Part shown: positions 37,666-51,074 of the stretch, one piece after another
Layout of the letters: the number at the start of each line of letters is the position of its first letter
Numbering within the stretch: the stretch's first letter is position 1
NCBI GenBank assembly: GCA_030390025.1
Contig: CM059432.1
Span: forward strand, 83,206,001 to 83,270,000
Source: Squalus acanthias
Taxonomy: Eukaryota
DNA: 64,000 bases
Direction of reading: 5' to 3'
Position numbers and translations under genes: made by a program
Notes under the pieces: model-generated
The model's input: only the letters and a program-made list of their open reading frames with translations
The model's database searches: none
Told to the model about the DNA's origin: nothing

Positions 37666-38816
37666 AATTAAATAAATCTGTTGGACTATAACCTGGTGTT
37701 GTGCGACTTCTCATTTTTGTCCACCCCAGTCCAACGCCGGCATCTCCACATCATGACGGAGTATATTCAAGACAGAGATTGATAGACTTTTGGATACTAA
37801 AGGAACCAAGGGATATGGGGATAGTGCGGGAAGGTGGAGTTCAGGTATATCAGCCATGATCTTATTGAATGGCGGAGCAGACTCGAAGGGCCAAATGGCC
37901 TACTCCTGCTCCTATTTTTTATGTTCTGATTTAGCAGCAGAACTGTTTACCATTACAATCTGTAGCCTCATGGTGTAGCGCATTCTTCACTCCTCGATCA
38001 CCGTAAAGGCAGGAGACCAATCCTGGTTCAATGCAGGGTGTAGAAAGGTGTGGCAGAAGCAGCATTAGGCATACATTAGAACAAGGTAAAACCATAGTAA
38101 AGCTACTACACAGGACTACATCAGTGCTAAACACTAAAAGCAGAAGGCTATAGACAGAACATAGTACAACAAACAGATCCAATCAAGAATGGTGGTGGAC
38201 ACTTAGGGAACAGGAGGAGGAAGCTCCATGAGCATGTTCTTGCTGAACCATTGTGAAGCCCAGCATGTGAGTGCCAGAGATAAAGCTGAAGCATTTGCAA
38301 GTGGAACAAAAATCGGGTGGGTTCTACAACGGGCAGGTGATCCACTCTTCCAGGTTACTGCCCAGGCGGCGAAGTGGAAAATGACCCCTATTATTTCTAA
38401 GTTATTTTTTAAATATTCAAAATGTATATTCATGCTTGGCCAGTTTTCCAAACTGTATGTGATGCAGCTGCAGTACCATGTTTCATTGCACTACCATTGA
38501 TCCTATCAGTAGCTTCCCTCCATGATTAACCACATTGGCACACTGAATTGAATTATTTAAACATTTTGCTCTGTAAATAAAAAGCCTTTCTAACTTGCAT
38601 ATTTTTTCCATCCAGTTGTTTTTTTGATCTAACATAGTGGTAAAGTAGACAGTTCATAAAAGTAGACAGAAATTTATACTGAATTATCTTTCAATCGAAC
38701 ACAAACCACATTTAAAGTGCTTTTTCATAAACTCCTTATGGAGGAGATTCAGTTCATGGTCAGGACCCATCTCTAAAAAATATGAAACTGCCATCATGCT
38801 GGGTGATGGTTGAAAA

Positions 38817-39336
38817 GAGTGATGGAATACTCTCCACTTGCCTGGATGCGTGCAGCTCCAACAACACTCAAGAAGCTCGACACCATCCAGGACAAAGCAG
38901 CCCGCTTGATTGGCACCCCATCCACCACCTTAAACATTCACTCCCTCCACCACCGGTGTACCGTGGCTGCAGTGTGTACCATCTACAAGATGCACTGCAG
39001 CAACTCGCCAAGGCTTCTTCGGCAGCACCTCCCAAACCCGCGACCTCTTCCACCTAGAAGGACAAGGGCAACAGGCGCATGGGAACACTACCACCTCCAA
39101 GTTCATCTCCAAGTCACACACCATCCTGCCTTAGAAGTATATCGCCAATCCTTCATTGTCGCTGGGTCAAAATCCTAGAACTCCCTCCCCAACAGCACTG
39201 TGGGAGTACCATCACCACACAGACTGCAGAGGTTCAAGGTGGCGGCTCACCACCACCTTCTCAAGGGCAATTAGGGATGGGCAATAAATGCTGGCCTTGC
39301 AAGCGATGCCCACATCCCATAAACGAATTAAAAAAA
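38817..39336 (+). mobile_element. same LINE family as 1129-1871
   Basis: MEYSPLAWMRAAPTTLKKLDTIQDKAARLI...; A-rich end. Confidence 0.85.
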
Positions 39337-39975
39337 GTACAATCTTACACAATCTGGTTTTGTATTTTTTGTACTTTTTTAAAACTAAAAATAGACACAA
39401 ACACATTCTCAGCACCACACACATGAAATGTTGTCATTTTGTTTCAGATCAGGTGGTTGCACCCTCCTCTCTTTATTAACAGGATAAAGTACTTTGCAAA
39501 CATCTGATCATAACTGCAGTTTTCCTTTAGGTTTGAATATATGGTGCCCTTTATGTTAAATTATATTTCTCTCTGCAATGCTTTTTAATTCAGTCTGTGT
39601 GGTATTACATGAGTGAACAATAATAGGAAAATATTAATTATTAACAGACTCAATATTTGAAACTGAAGAATAACAAGAGCATGGTACCAACTGGGGCATT
39701 TTTGAGTTGATGCCAAGACATTCAATCATCTTGATAAACTGAAACTTTGTCAAGTTACAATCAAGAAAGCAGTAACAAATTATACAGATTATTTACATAA
39801 GAGGTATATTCGAAACATTAATTTGAGTACAAGTAAGTGAAAGTTCAAAAGGTCAAAATAAATAACCGAAGACACTGCAATATAATTAAAAATGAACAGA
39901 AAAGAGAATATAAGGAAAGCATTATTGAAAGGAAATTTGTATTAATTTCTGTCACTGGTGTTTCTAATTAGAAGT

Positions 39976-40352
39976 ATTACATAGGATTACATAGGATATA
40001 CGGCACAGAATCAGGCCATTTGGCCCAACCAGTCCATGCCAGCATTTATGCTCCTCTCGAACCTCCTCCCGTCTTTCTTCATCTAATTTTGTCAGCATAA
40101 CCCTCTATTCCCTTCTCCCTCATATGCTTATCTAGCCTCCCCTTAAATGCATCTATATGATTTGCCTCAACTACTCCCTGTGTGTGTCCACATTCTCACC
40201 ACTCTTTGGGTAAAGATGTTTCTTCTGAATTCACTATTGGATTTCTTGGTGACTATCTTATATTGATGGCCTCCAGTTAGGCTCTTCCCCACATTCTCTC
40301 TGTATCCACTCTATCAAAACCTTTCATAATTTTAAAGACCTCTATTAGGTCA
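39976..40352 (-). mobile_element. CR1 3' fragment
   Basis: Same subfamily as 61233-61697 (TACATAGGATTACATAGG tail). Confidence 0.85.
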
Positions 40353-42650
40353 TAGGATTTTACTCCTGATCTATCTTTGTCCTTTTCCATAACTACACTA
40401 AATCTAACTGAATTATGAATGCAATTTTAAGCCTCTAGACCTGTAATCAAGTGCAATCCCCAAATTTTAATCCCCAAAACTGGGTAAGTTGGGGTCTGAT
40501 GGGAAATTAAAGTGTTAAAAAACGGAATCCCAACCACTTCCGGTTTTAATGAAGGCGGCACGGGGAGCGGGAAGCCAACCCACTCCCAGGACACGGGTCA
40601 TCCATTTAAATATTATGATGAGGCTGGCATGCCTCAGATTTAAGCAGCATTTCAAATTTAACTGTGGCTGGTCAGGTTTTGCAGGCCTCGGTGAACCTGC
40701 CAGCTAAAGTAAGGCGAGGACTGCTGCATCCAGGAGGTAAGTACCTTTACACTTACATTCTGGATCCAGCGTCCCTGCCTAACCCAACCTCCGTGATCGG
40801 AGAACCCCCATGAGGTCTCCAATCGCCTTCCCGGACTCCCCCCCCATCAAGATGATCCTCAAGCCCCGATGCTTCCCCCCCTTACCGATGATGCTCAGGC
40901 CGGCCCTGTACCTCTCTCCCCCCCTCACCGACTATCCTCAGGCTGGCCCCGTACCTCTCTTGCCCTCCCACCGATGATCCTCAGGCCGGCCCTGATGCTT
41001 CCCCCACCACCTCCGAACTCCTCTGGCCTGATTGTTGCTTCTCTCTCTCCCCCCGCCCCCCCCACCCACCACCACACCGAACCTCTTCTGGCCCTGATCG
41101 TTGCTTCCCTCCCCCCCGACCAACCCCGGCCCCCACCTGATCCCTCCCTCCCTCCTCTCTGTGGCCTAGTGCCGCAGGCCTACCCGCCCGCAGCCAGCCA
41201 GCCTCTCCATCTGGCCGGTTGCATGTGGGAAACAGACTTTTGAAATGCAAATCAGACCCTGCCGTTAAATTTGGCAGTGCCTGCGGGAAACCCGTTCTCC
41301 CGGGTTCCCTGAGCGCTTCTGAGCACCTACGCTCCCAACCCGCCTCCTAAATAAAATTCCAGCCAATGTGTACACTATGGGCTGAAGGAAAACTGGGGCA
41401 CTCTGTCTAATGACATCCTGTTGAGACAACAATCAAATGTTATGTTCCTAGAGCAGTTCATTAGGAAATGAATTATAAATAATGTAATTTAATATTCCTG
41501 TTTAAAATCTACCAGTGTACTGATAGGCTTCCCATAGTGCTGCTGATGTAGAAAAAATATAATAACTGTTCTGTGCTTCTATCCCACTCTAATTCTTTCA
41601 GTCTCATTCTGTTTCTCTTTCTTTATATGGTTGTCACACACTTTCCTATTGGTCTGTATCAGAATATTTTTCTCACACCTTTCTATCATTCTTTCTGTAA
41701 GCCTCTCCTCTGTTTTCTCTCTTGTATCTCTTTCCCTAGTCAATTAGACTTAAAATTGTCAAAGTCCAGGGTATGCAGAAAGATGGCAGCCAAAATGCAC
41801 CAGGTTGCATGTAGGTACCAGGATTGGCTGCAGACAGACTGTTTGGGTGCTGGTGCGTGAAAGAGAATCTGGGGAGTTGGGTTTGAGTGCTCAGGGTGAG
41901 AATGGGAGGCCTTGCTTTGACACATAGGAGAGAGGAGATAGGGGTGAGAAATCAATAAGGCTTGAGCCTAGAGTACTCAGCAGTGGGGTGAGGGAGTCTA
42001 AGGCGTGGGAATACTTGACTCGGTGGAGTCTGGGAGAACTTGGGGTGGGTGCTTGGACGTATTGGAGTAGCAGCCCAAGAGAATTTAGGGGAGCTGTAGT
42101 TTGAAATGAGAGAACATTTCGAGGAGTGCAGAAAGTACTTGGGATCTGTGGGCACTGGGTAGTGTTGGTTGGTGTCTATAAGCAGTTGGGACTGTGCACC
42201 TGGCGAGGCTGGGAGAAGGAAGATGTACCATACTGCAGGATCAGATATAGAACCAGAACACAGGCCGAGGCAGGGGGGACAGAGCAGAGCACAGACCTGA
42301 GCAGAAGAGCACATCAGAGGGCAGGGCGAAGAGTACCAGAGGCTACTGAGAAGAGGGGGGCGGGGGGGGGGGGGGTTGGTGGGAAGGGTAGGTGCATCCA
42401 CAGGGAGCAGAGCGGCAAAATCTGGGCTTGGGGTTTTCTTACACATATATAGGTTGCAAAAGTGTATTTAACACTAATACCTTTAGATTTTAGTAGGACG
42501 AGGTGGCCTGATTTCAAGGTATTTAATCTGTAAGTCTCAATCTTTTGCTTTATCTTTCCTGTTGAGGTATCAGTTTATATCACTAGCCTCTCATCTGGCT
42601 CCCACTCTGTGCAGAGACCCATCAGGCCACAGTTGAGAGAAGAGAACCTC

Positions 42651-45600
42651 TCATAGAATCATAGAATAGTACAGCACAGAAGGAGGCCATTCGGCCCATC
42701 GAGTCTGCGCCGGCTCTTTTGAAGAGCAATCCAGTTAGTTCCACTCCCCCGCTTTTTCTCCATATCCCTGCATTTTTTGCTCCTTCAAGTATTTATCCAA
42801 ATGCCTTTTGAAGGCTACTATTGAATCTGTATCCACCACCCTATCAGGCAGTGCATTCCAAATCCTAACCATTCGTTGCGTAAAAAATGATTTTCCATAT
42901 GTCGCCTCTGGTTCTTTTGCCAATTACCTTAAATTTGTGCCCTCTTGTTATTGACCCTTCAGCCATTGGAAACAGTTTCTCTTTATTTACTCTATCTAAA
43001 CAGTTCATGATTTTAAACACCTCTATCAAATCTCCTCTTACCCTTCTCTGCTCCAAGGAGGACAACCCCAGCTTCTCTAGTCTATCCACGTAATTGTAAT
43101 CCCTCATTCCTGGAACCATTCTAGTAAATCTCTTCTGTACACTCTCCAAAGCCTTCACGTCCATCCTAAAGTGTGGTGCCCAGAATTGGACACAATACTC
43201 CAGCTGGGGCCAAACTAGTGTTTTATAAAGGTTTAGCACAACTTCCTGGCTTTTGTACTCTGTGTCTCTATTTATAAAGCCCAGGATCCCATATGCTTTA
43301 TTAACTGCTTTGTTAACCTGTCCTGCCACCTTCAACGATGTGTGAACAAGCACCCCCAGGTCTCTCTGTTCTTGCACCCCCTTTAAATTGTAACATTTAT
43401 TGTGTATGGTCTCTCCTCATTCTTCCGAGCAAAATGTCTCACCTCACACTTCTCTGCGTTGAATTTCATCTGCCATGTGTCCACCCATTCCACCAGCCTG
43501 TCTATGTCTTCTTGAAGTCTATTACTATCTTCCTCACTATTTACTATACTTCCAAGTTTTGTGTCATTGGCAAATTTCCAAATTGTGCCCTGTACCCCCA
43601 AGTCCAAGTCATTAATGTGTATCAAAAATAGCAGTGGTCCTGGTACTGAACCTTGGGGAACTGTACTGTATACCTCCCTCCAGTCTGAAAACAGCCATTC
43701 ACCACAACTCTGTTTTCTATCCCTTAGCCAATTTTGTATCCATGCTGCTACTGCCCCTTTTATCCCATGGGCTTCAAGTTTGCTAACAAGCCTACTATGT
43801 GGTACTTTATCAAACGCCTTTTGAAAGTCCATGTATGCAACATCAACTACACTGCCCTCATCCACCTTCTCTGTTACCTCATCAAAACACGATTTGCCCT
43901 TAACAAATTTGTGCTGGCTCTCCTTTGTTATTCCATGCTTGTCCAAAGTGGTGGTTAATTTTCTCCCGAATTATTGTTGCTAAACTGACTGGCCTGTAAT
44001 TTCTAGGTTTATCTTTCTCCCCTTTTTTGAACAAGCATGCAACATTTGCAATCCTCCAGTCCTTTGGCATCACCCCTGTATCTAACGAGGATTGGAATAT
44101 TGTGGCCAGCACCTCTGCAATTTCTACTCTTACTTCCCTCAGCAACCTAAGGTGCATCCCATCCGGACCGGGTGACTTACCTACTATAATTACTGCCAGC
44201 CTGTCTAGTACCTTGTCTTTATTTTTAACACATCCAGTATCCCAGCAACCTCCTCGTTTACCATAGCTTTGGCAAAGTCTTCTTCCTTGGTAAACACCGA
44301 TGCAAGTACTCATTTAGTACCTCAGCCATGCCTTCTGCCTCCACAAATTGTTCTCCATTTTGGTCCCTAATCGGCCCCACTGCTCCTCTGACAACCCTTT
44401 TATTGTTAATATGCCTATAGAAGACCTTTGGATTCCCTTTTATGTTAGCTGACAATCTATTCTTGTACTGTCTCTTTGCCCCTCTTAACTCCTTTTTCAC
44501 TTCTCCTCTGTACTCTTTATATTCATTATGATTCTCCCTTGTATAGGAAGCTGACATCTATTCTGACGATACCACCAGTGCTTCCGATATGTCTTTCTTT
44601 TTCTTCAACCGAGGATTCCCCTTCACCGTGGTTGGCAGGGCCCTCGACCGTGTCTGTTCCATTTCCCGCACTTCTGCTCTCACCCCTTCCCCTCCCTCCC
44701 AGAACCACAATAGGGTTCCCTTGTCCTCACCTTTCACCCCACCAGTCTCCACATTCAACGGATCATCCTCCGCCATTTCTGCCATCTCCAGCGTGATCCC
44801 ACCACCAAACACATCTTCCCCTCCCCTTTCAGCATTCTGAAGGGACCGTTCCCTCCGTGACACCCTGGTCCACTCCTCAATCACCCCTTCCCTGTCCCAC
44901 GGCACCTTCCCGTGCAAGGGCAGGAGATGCAACACCTGCCCTTTTACCTCCTCCCTTTGCATTGTCCAGGGCCCCAAACACTCCTTCCAGGTGAAACAGC
45001 GATTTACTTGTGCTTCATCCAATTTAGTATATTGTATTCACTGCTCATGATGCGGTCTTCTCTACATTGGGGACACCAAATGCAGATTGGGTGACCACTT
45101 TGCAGAACACCTCCATTCAGTCTGCAAGCGTGACACCGAGCTTCTGGTCACCTGTCACTTTAATTCTCCGCTCTACTCCCACTCTGATCTCTTTGTCCTC
45201 GGCCTCCTACTCTGTTCCAATGAAACTCAACGTAAGCTCGAGGAACAGCACCTCATCTTTCGATTAGGCACTTTACAGCCTTCCGGACTCAACATCGAGT
45301 TCAACAATTTCAGATCATAACCTCTGCCCTCATTTTTTCCAGACAGCCGCTGTTGATGATTCTGCTATTCCCATTTACACCTCTTCTAGAACCATCTTTT
45401 GTTTCTTTACTTGTCCCATTACCATCTCCTTTTGCCTTGCACCATCATCCCTTTTGTCATTTAATCTCTCCTACCTTCCACCCTATCACAGACCTTCCCT
45501 TTTGTTCTTTCCTCTCCTCCCCCCTTTCCCTGCCTCTGCACTTGCTTAAAACCTGTTATATCTCTAACTTTTTCCAGGTCTGTTGAAAGGTCATCGACCT

Positions 45601-46258
45601 GTGATGTTAACTCTGTTTCTCTCTCCACAGATGCTGCCTGGCCTGTTGAGTATTTCCAGCATTCTCTGTTTTTATTTCAAATTTCCAGCAGCCGCAGTAT
45701 TTTGCTTTTGTATCTGTCATACGTCCCCTTTTTCTGCTTCATCCTACTCTCCAACTCCTTCGTCATCCAGAGAGCTCTGGCTTTGGTTGCCCTCCCTTTC
45801 CCCCTTGTAGTAATGTATCTAAACTGTACCCGAACTATCTCCTCTTTAAAGTCCGCCCAATGCTCCATCACATTTTTGCTTGCCAGTCTTTGACTACAAT
45901 TTACCCGGGCAGATCCCTCCTCAATTCACTGAAATTAGCCCTCCTCCAGTTAGGTATTTTTATTCTAGATTGCCCCTTGTCCTTCTCCATAACTAATCTA
46001 AACCTTACGATACTATGATCATTATTCCCGAGATGCTCTCCAACTGTGACATTCTCCACTTGACCCACTTCATTCCCCAGAACTAGATCCAGCAATGCCC
46101 CCTTTCTCATTGGGCAGGAAACATACTGAACAAAAAAATTCTCCTGAACACACTTCAGAAATTCCTCCCCTTCTCTGCCCTTAACACAATCACTGTCCCA
46201 TTCAATATTGGGGTAGTTAAAGTCTCCCAGTACCACTACTCTATAGTTCTTGCATCTG
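42651..46258 (-). mobile_element. CR1, degenerate, interrupted by a PLE fragment
   Basis: [40 protein letters not shown] tail. Confidence 0.92.
44560..45711 (+). mobile_element. degenerate PLE 3' fragment (RT C-terminus/linker/GIY-YIG + pLTR) inserted in a CR1
   Basis: FFNRGFP...RVPL, PCKGRRCNTCPF, NLVYCIHCS*CGLLYIGDT, HFAEHL...LEEQHLIFRLGTLQPSGLN; ends in the same terminal sequence as the mini-PLEs. Confidence 0.85.
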
Positions 46259-49200
46259 TAGCCAGGGACAGAAGAATCGGAGGATGAAGAACAGGTCCTG
46301 AACCAAGTTGATGATGAGTACATGATGAAAAGAGGCCAGAGAGGAGACAAGTCCAGGGTGCAGGTAGGTGCTTAAAGTAATCAAGCCTCCTCTATTTGGG
46401 TGGTTAAATGTAGCCGATTGGCATCTTTCAGAGACAATGATGAAGGAAGTCTGCAATAGGGAGTGGAGTGGGCCCATATCAAATCTAGCCAGTTCTAATC
46501 ATGTGCCCTCTGAAATATTCCTGCGTACCACACCAGCAATAATACTATGCAGTTCCGAGGGACAAATCAGCTTTCTGAAAAGGGATGGATCTAGAAAAGG
46601 AGAGCTAGATGCTGGTAAATTCTTGGAAGCTAAGTAAAATATAATACTTATATATACATACTTAGGAGAACTTGATTTACTGAAATGGAGTGAAACATCA
46701 AAAATGAATTATGTCCAAAAAACTACTTTAAATATCAGGTATGAAAGTAAATATTTATTGATAGGTAACTTTCTTAAGCAGACTGGGTGATGCAATGTGG
46801 TTTTACACAGTGCAGTGCATTTTCTCCTTCATAGCCTGGGCTTGGCAGATCACCCGCCTGTTGTAGTAGATTCACGTGACTTTCATCCAATTGATTTGAA
46901 TGGAATAAAAATAGCTGGATTCTACAATAGGTGGGCAATCCACTCTGCCAGATTCCTGCCCTTGTGGTGAAAATTGCCCCAATGTCTTATCAATGGGACC
47001 TGGAAGGGATAAATATTTTCTCTCTATGCTGACTGCAAGGATCCTATGTGAAATGACTCTGGGAATCCTAAATCTAGTTTTTAGTGAACAGTTAGCATAA
47101 ATTTGGACAAAATTGCAATCTCATTCAGAAAGAGGCTGGATGCTTGGCTTCGGGGCACTGGACCATTCAGTACAAGGTTCCTTTTTGATGTTGGCATTAG
47201 GCACATTATTGGGGTAGAAGAGAGGGAGCTTTAGCCAACGTCTGACTGTGCTATACCTAATTGCGGAATGTTTGATGTTGTCACTAGGTACACAGTGTTC
47301 CATTCTCCAATATTAACAGTCACTTTGATGATCATAAAATATTACAAAAACTATTATTTTGCAAGATGCAGTTTTTAATTATTGAAACACAGATGTGATT
47401 TGTTGTAGCTCAAAGAAAGACTCATAACTAATATTTATAAGAAATAATTTTTCTAATAAAACCTGCAATTTATTGTCATTAATCCAAAATCTACCCACAA
47501 TTATTTAATGAAAAAAAAGAAAAAAGTTACTTGAAAGTGTCAAATACGAATAAATACAAGAAACAAATAGAAGGAACAACACAAAATGTTCATTAAAATA
47601 GTTAGCGAGAATAGAAATATTTTATTGAGAGACTAATAATACAATTTCCGTCGAGCTTTCTCAGATTAATTTACTGCATAAGAGCATACTTATTAATTGA
47701 GTAATCTTAATTTCTCAATGATCTGCATGATGTGGTTACTTTATAATAATACTTTACAATCAATGGACTACAAAGTGATGCATTTCTATTATTTTTCTTA
47801 CTAGGTTTCTCACCTCCTCTGCTGAATGTGCTAGCTCCTTCATGGGATATGTTTCAATGGACATTGAATGCCTTCTGGTACCACGCCCAAGTGGGCATTC
47901 TCCATGCATGAGCCTGTAGATTGGTGTCACTGAATCGACTGCTGAGGGCCTTCACAAGCAAGCATGATCCTGCCCTCACCTGATATTCACACATGCACAC
48001 TTCCAGCATGTGTTGTTAGGGGGCGATCAGGAGCAGGAACTCTGTCCAACTTTCCTCTTCCTAGCCTGGATTCTGAGGCCAATTGTAATGCCCCGACTGC
48101 TGATTTAACAGATCAGCTAATCCAGTACAAACCAGGGATCAAGCCTGGGATCTTTCTGGGTTGTGTAGCTCAACTACTTATTGGATAAATCCAATGAGCT
48201 ATCAAGGCATCACTAAAGATGAGTGTCTAATATAATTCCTCTGCATATTTGAGTCATTGGATTAGCCATTTTCTTGGTTGCATTAAATCTGGGTTTTATT
48301 GGTACTTTCCAATTTTTGCTTAAAAAGTAAAATCAGAGTTAAATTGGGTACAAAAAATGTAGAATATTGTTGCTTTAACCCTGATTAGTCAATTTCAGCA
48401 TTATTTAATGGTCAGAATGAACACTTCCTCTGTTCCTGTAGCACTGTTGAGATAAACATTCTTATTTTAGAACAAGCATTATTATCATAACTTTAATATG
48501 CAAAACTAGGCAAATACATGGCAGAGACTTTTCTTAACATCTTTTTATTTTTGTTCTTTTATCATTTTACCTAAATAAAAACCAACTTCAGAGTTTCCAT
48601 TTGAGGCAGAGGGGAGGGTTTAACACTGGAAATGTAATAGATTGAGACCCTGAAATTCCACGGGGGTGTTACTGGTTTCCCACTGGAACTCCAACAGGAA
48701 ACCAATGGGACTCCCAGGGAAATAACATACATGGCCGTATTCAGCTATTTACGCTGTTTCTCTGGAGGGGTTCCGCTAGTCTCCCGCCAGAGTTACGGCA
48801 GGAGACCAGTAGAACCCTTGCTGAATTTAAGGGCCTAGATTTATTATTTATTTTATTAGTCTTGAATTTGCTTTGTACTTTATTTCATACATTACAAGGG
48901 AACATTCGTGCAGGTGCAAATTTACATAAGTGTTTTCTTTTGGAGTTGTTCTGTGGAGCCCTATATATCCTTTATTTCAGTTATGGAACAGGAACCAACA
49001 TATCAAATTCTTTGAGAATATTTTTTTCAAACTGTTTGCAGATGCCTTTATTGTTTACATCCTCTCAATTAATTTAGACGTTTTAATACCTGGGACTCAA
49101 CTAAGTGTAAGTACATACATTTATATTACTCCTGTGAAAATAACAAGTATCCTTATAAACTTTAACAAACCTTTTTTACTGGGTTACTGGGTGGTGTGGT

Positions 49201-49273
49201 GGGTAACACAAAGTTCTTTTACCTCTAGTACTTGGGCTTGAATCCAACCCAGAGTTATGGCATCAAGGGAATC

Positions 49274-51074
49274 GGCCTAGAAATTCAGGGGTTTAGTGCC
49301 AGCTGTTAAGGCCGGTTTTGTGGAAAAAATGGCATCGGATGCCATATTGGTGAGGGCAAAAAAGTGGCATTGTTTCGCTTCGTCTGACGCAGTCGTTAGG
49401 CCATTAACATATTCAAATAAAGAGCCGAATGCCTGCTTCTGCTCCTCTTGCAAACTTGGCTTGCGTCTGAGGCAGCCAACGCCAGCTTGTTCACTCCTGG
49501 GAAAACAAACGTTAAACAGCGCCGAACGAAAATAAGGTAAGTACTTACCATTATCATCTGACTCCTGACTCCGACCTCCAGGCCCGCTCCAATCCCCCCA
49601 AACCCCGATCCCGACCTCCCCCACCTATCCTGGCCCCAACCTTCCCCTCCCCACCCCCCATCCTGGACCCGACCTCCCCCCCCCCCATCCTGGCCCTGAC
49701 CTCCCCCTCCCCACCCCCCATCCTGGCCCCGACCTCCCCCTCCTCCCCCCACACCCTCCCCCCATCCTGGCCCCGACCTCCCCCCCCCCCCCCCCCCCAT
49801 CCTGGCCCCAACCTCCCCCCAGACCCTCCCCCCATCCTGGACCCGACCTCCCCCCCACCCCCCCCATCCTGGCCCCGACCTCCCCCTCCCCACCCCCCAT
49901 CCTGGCCCCGACCTCCCCCTCCTCCCCCCACACCCTCCCCCCATCCTGGCCCCGACCTCCCCCCACCCCCCCCCCCCCCCATCCTGGCCCCAACCTCCCC
50001 CCAGACCCTCCCCCCATCCTGGCCCCGACCTCCCCACACCCTCCCCACATCCTGGCCCCGACCTCCCCCTCCCCACCCCCCATCCTGGCCCCGACCTCCC
50101 CCTCCTCCCTCCACACCCTCCCCCCATCCTGGCCCCGACCTCCCCCTCCTCCCCCCACACCCTCCCCCCATCCTGGCCCCGACCTCCCCACACTCTCCCC
50201 CCATCCTGGCCCCGACCTCCCCACACTCTCCCCCCATCCTGGCCCCGACCTCCCCACACTCTCCCCCCATCCTGGCCCCGACCTCCCCCCACCCCCCCCA
50301 TCCTGGCCCCAACCTTCCCCCTCCTCCCCCCATCCTGGCCCCGACCTCCCCCTCCTCCCCCCACCCTGGCACCCCCCTCTCCCCCCCTCCTTCCTCCCCC
50401 CTCCTGGCCCCGACCTCCCCCCCCCCCCCCCCACAACCTGGCCCCGACCTCCCCCGCCCGCCCCCCCCCATCCTGGCCCCGACCTCCCCCTCCCCCCCAT
50501 CCTGGCCCCAACCTCCCCCTCCCACCCATCCTGGCCCCAACCTCCTCCTCCCCCCATCCTGGCCCCTCCCTCCCCCTCCTCCCCCCTCCCTCCCCATCCT
50601 GGCCCCCCCTCCCTCCCCATCCTGGCCCCGACCTCCCCCTCCTCCCCCCACCCTGGCACCCCCCTCTCCCCCCCTCCTCCCCCCTCCTGGCCCCGACCTC
50701 CCCCCCCCCCCCCCCCCACAATCTGGCCCCGACCTCCCCCGCCCGCCCCCCCCCATCCTGGCCCCGACCTCCCCCTCCTCCCCCCATCCTGGCCCCGTCC
50801 TCCCCCTCCCCCCCATCCTGGCCCCAACCTCCCCCTCCTCCCATCCTGGCCCCAACCTCCCCCTCCCACCCAACCTGGCCCCGACCTCCCCCTCCCACCC
50901 AACCTGGCCCCGACCTCCCCCGCCCGCCCCCCCCCATCCTGGCCCCGACCTCCCCCTCCCCCCCATCCTGGCCCCAACCTCCCCCTCCCACCCATCCTGG
51001 CCCCGACCTCCCCTCCCCCCCCAACCTTCCCCCATATCCTGACCCCGACCTCCCCCTCCCCCCCTTTCTAGGCC
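49274..51074. mobile_element. Harbinger-type element (GGCCTAGAAA TIR) carrying an expanded minisatellite
   Basis: TIR GGCCTAGAAA / TTTCTAGGCC; TSD ATC/CTC; 5' end resembles 32099-32145. Confidence 0.72.
49600..51064. repeat. C-rich (G-rich on minus strand) minisatellite, unit about 22-37 nt with core CCATCCTGGCCCCGACCTCCCC
   Basis: Dozens of tandem variant copies with variable C-runs. Confidence 0.95.

Larger units (their letters stand above)
34561..37758 (+). mobile_element. Penelope-like retroelement (Neptune-like), 5'-truncated, with inverted pseudo-LTR and 12-bp TSD
   Basis: 34558-35461 is the reverse complement of 36818-37719; unduplicated tail 37720-37758; TSD GAGTATATTCAA at 34549-34560 and 37759-37770; the flanks rejoin into a continuous CR1 3' end. 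Confidence 0.95.
30732..37927 (+). mobile_element. CR1 host carrying three nested insertions
   Basis: Pieces 30732-30797, 31361-32098, 34369-34560 and 37759-37927 join into one CR1 3' half. Confidence 0.88.

Noticed and set aside
46262..46363. Exon-like 102-nt segment (TGTAG...CAG/GTAGGT; PGTEESEDEEQVLNQVDDEYMMKRGQRGDKSRVQ)
   Set aside because: The acceptor lies at a CR1 boundary, the peptide is not recognisable and no partner exons were found; RNA-seq would be needed.
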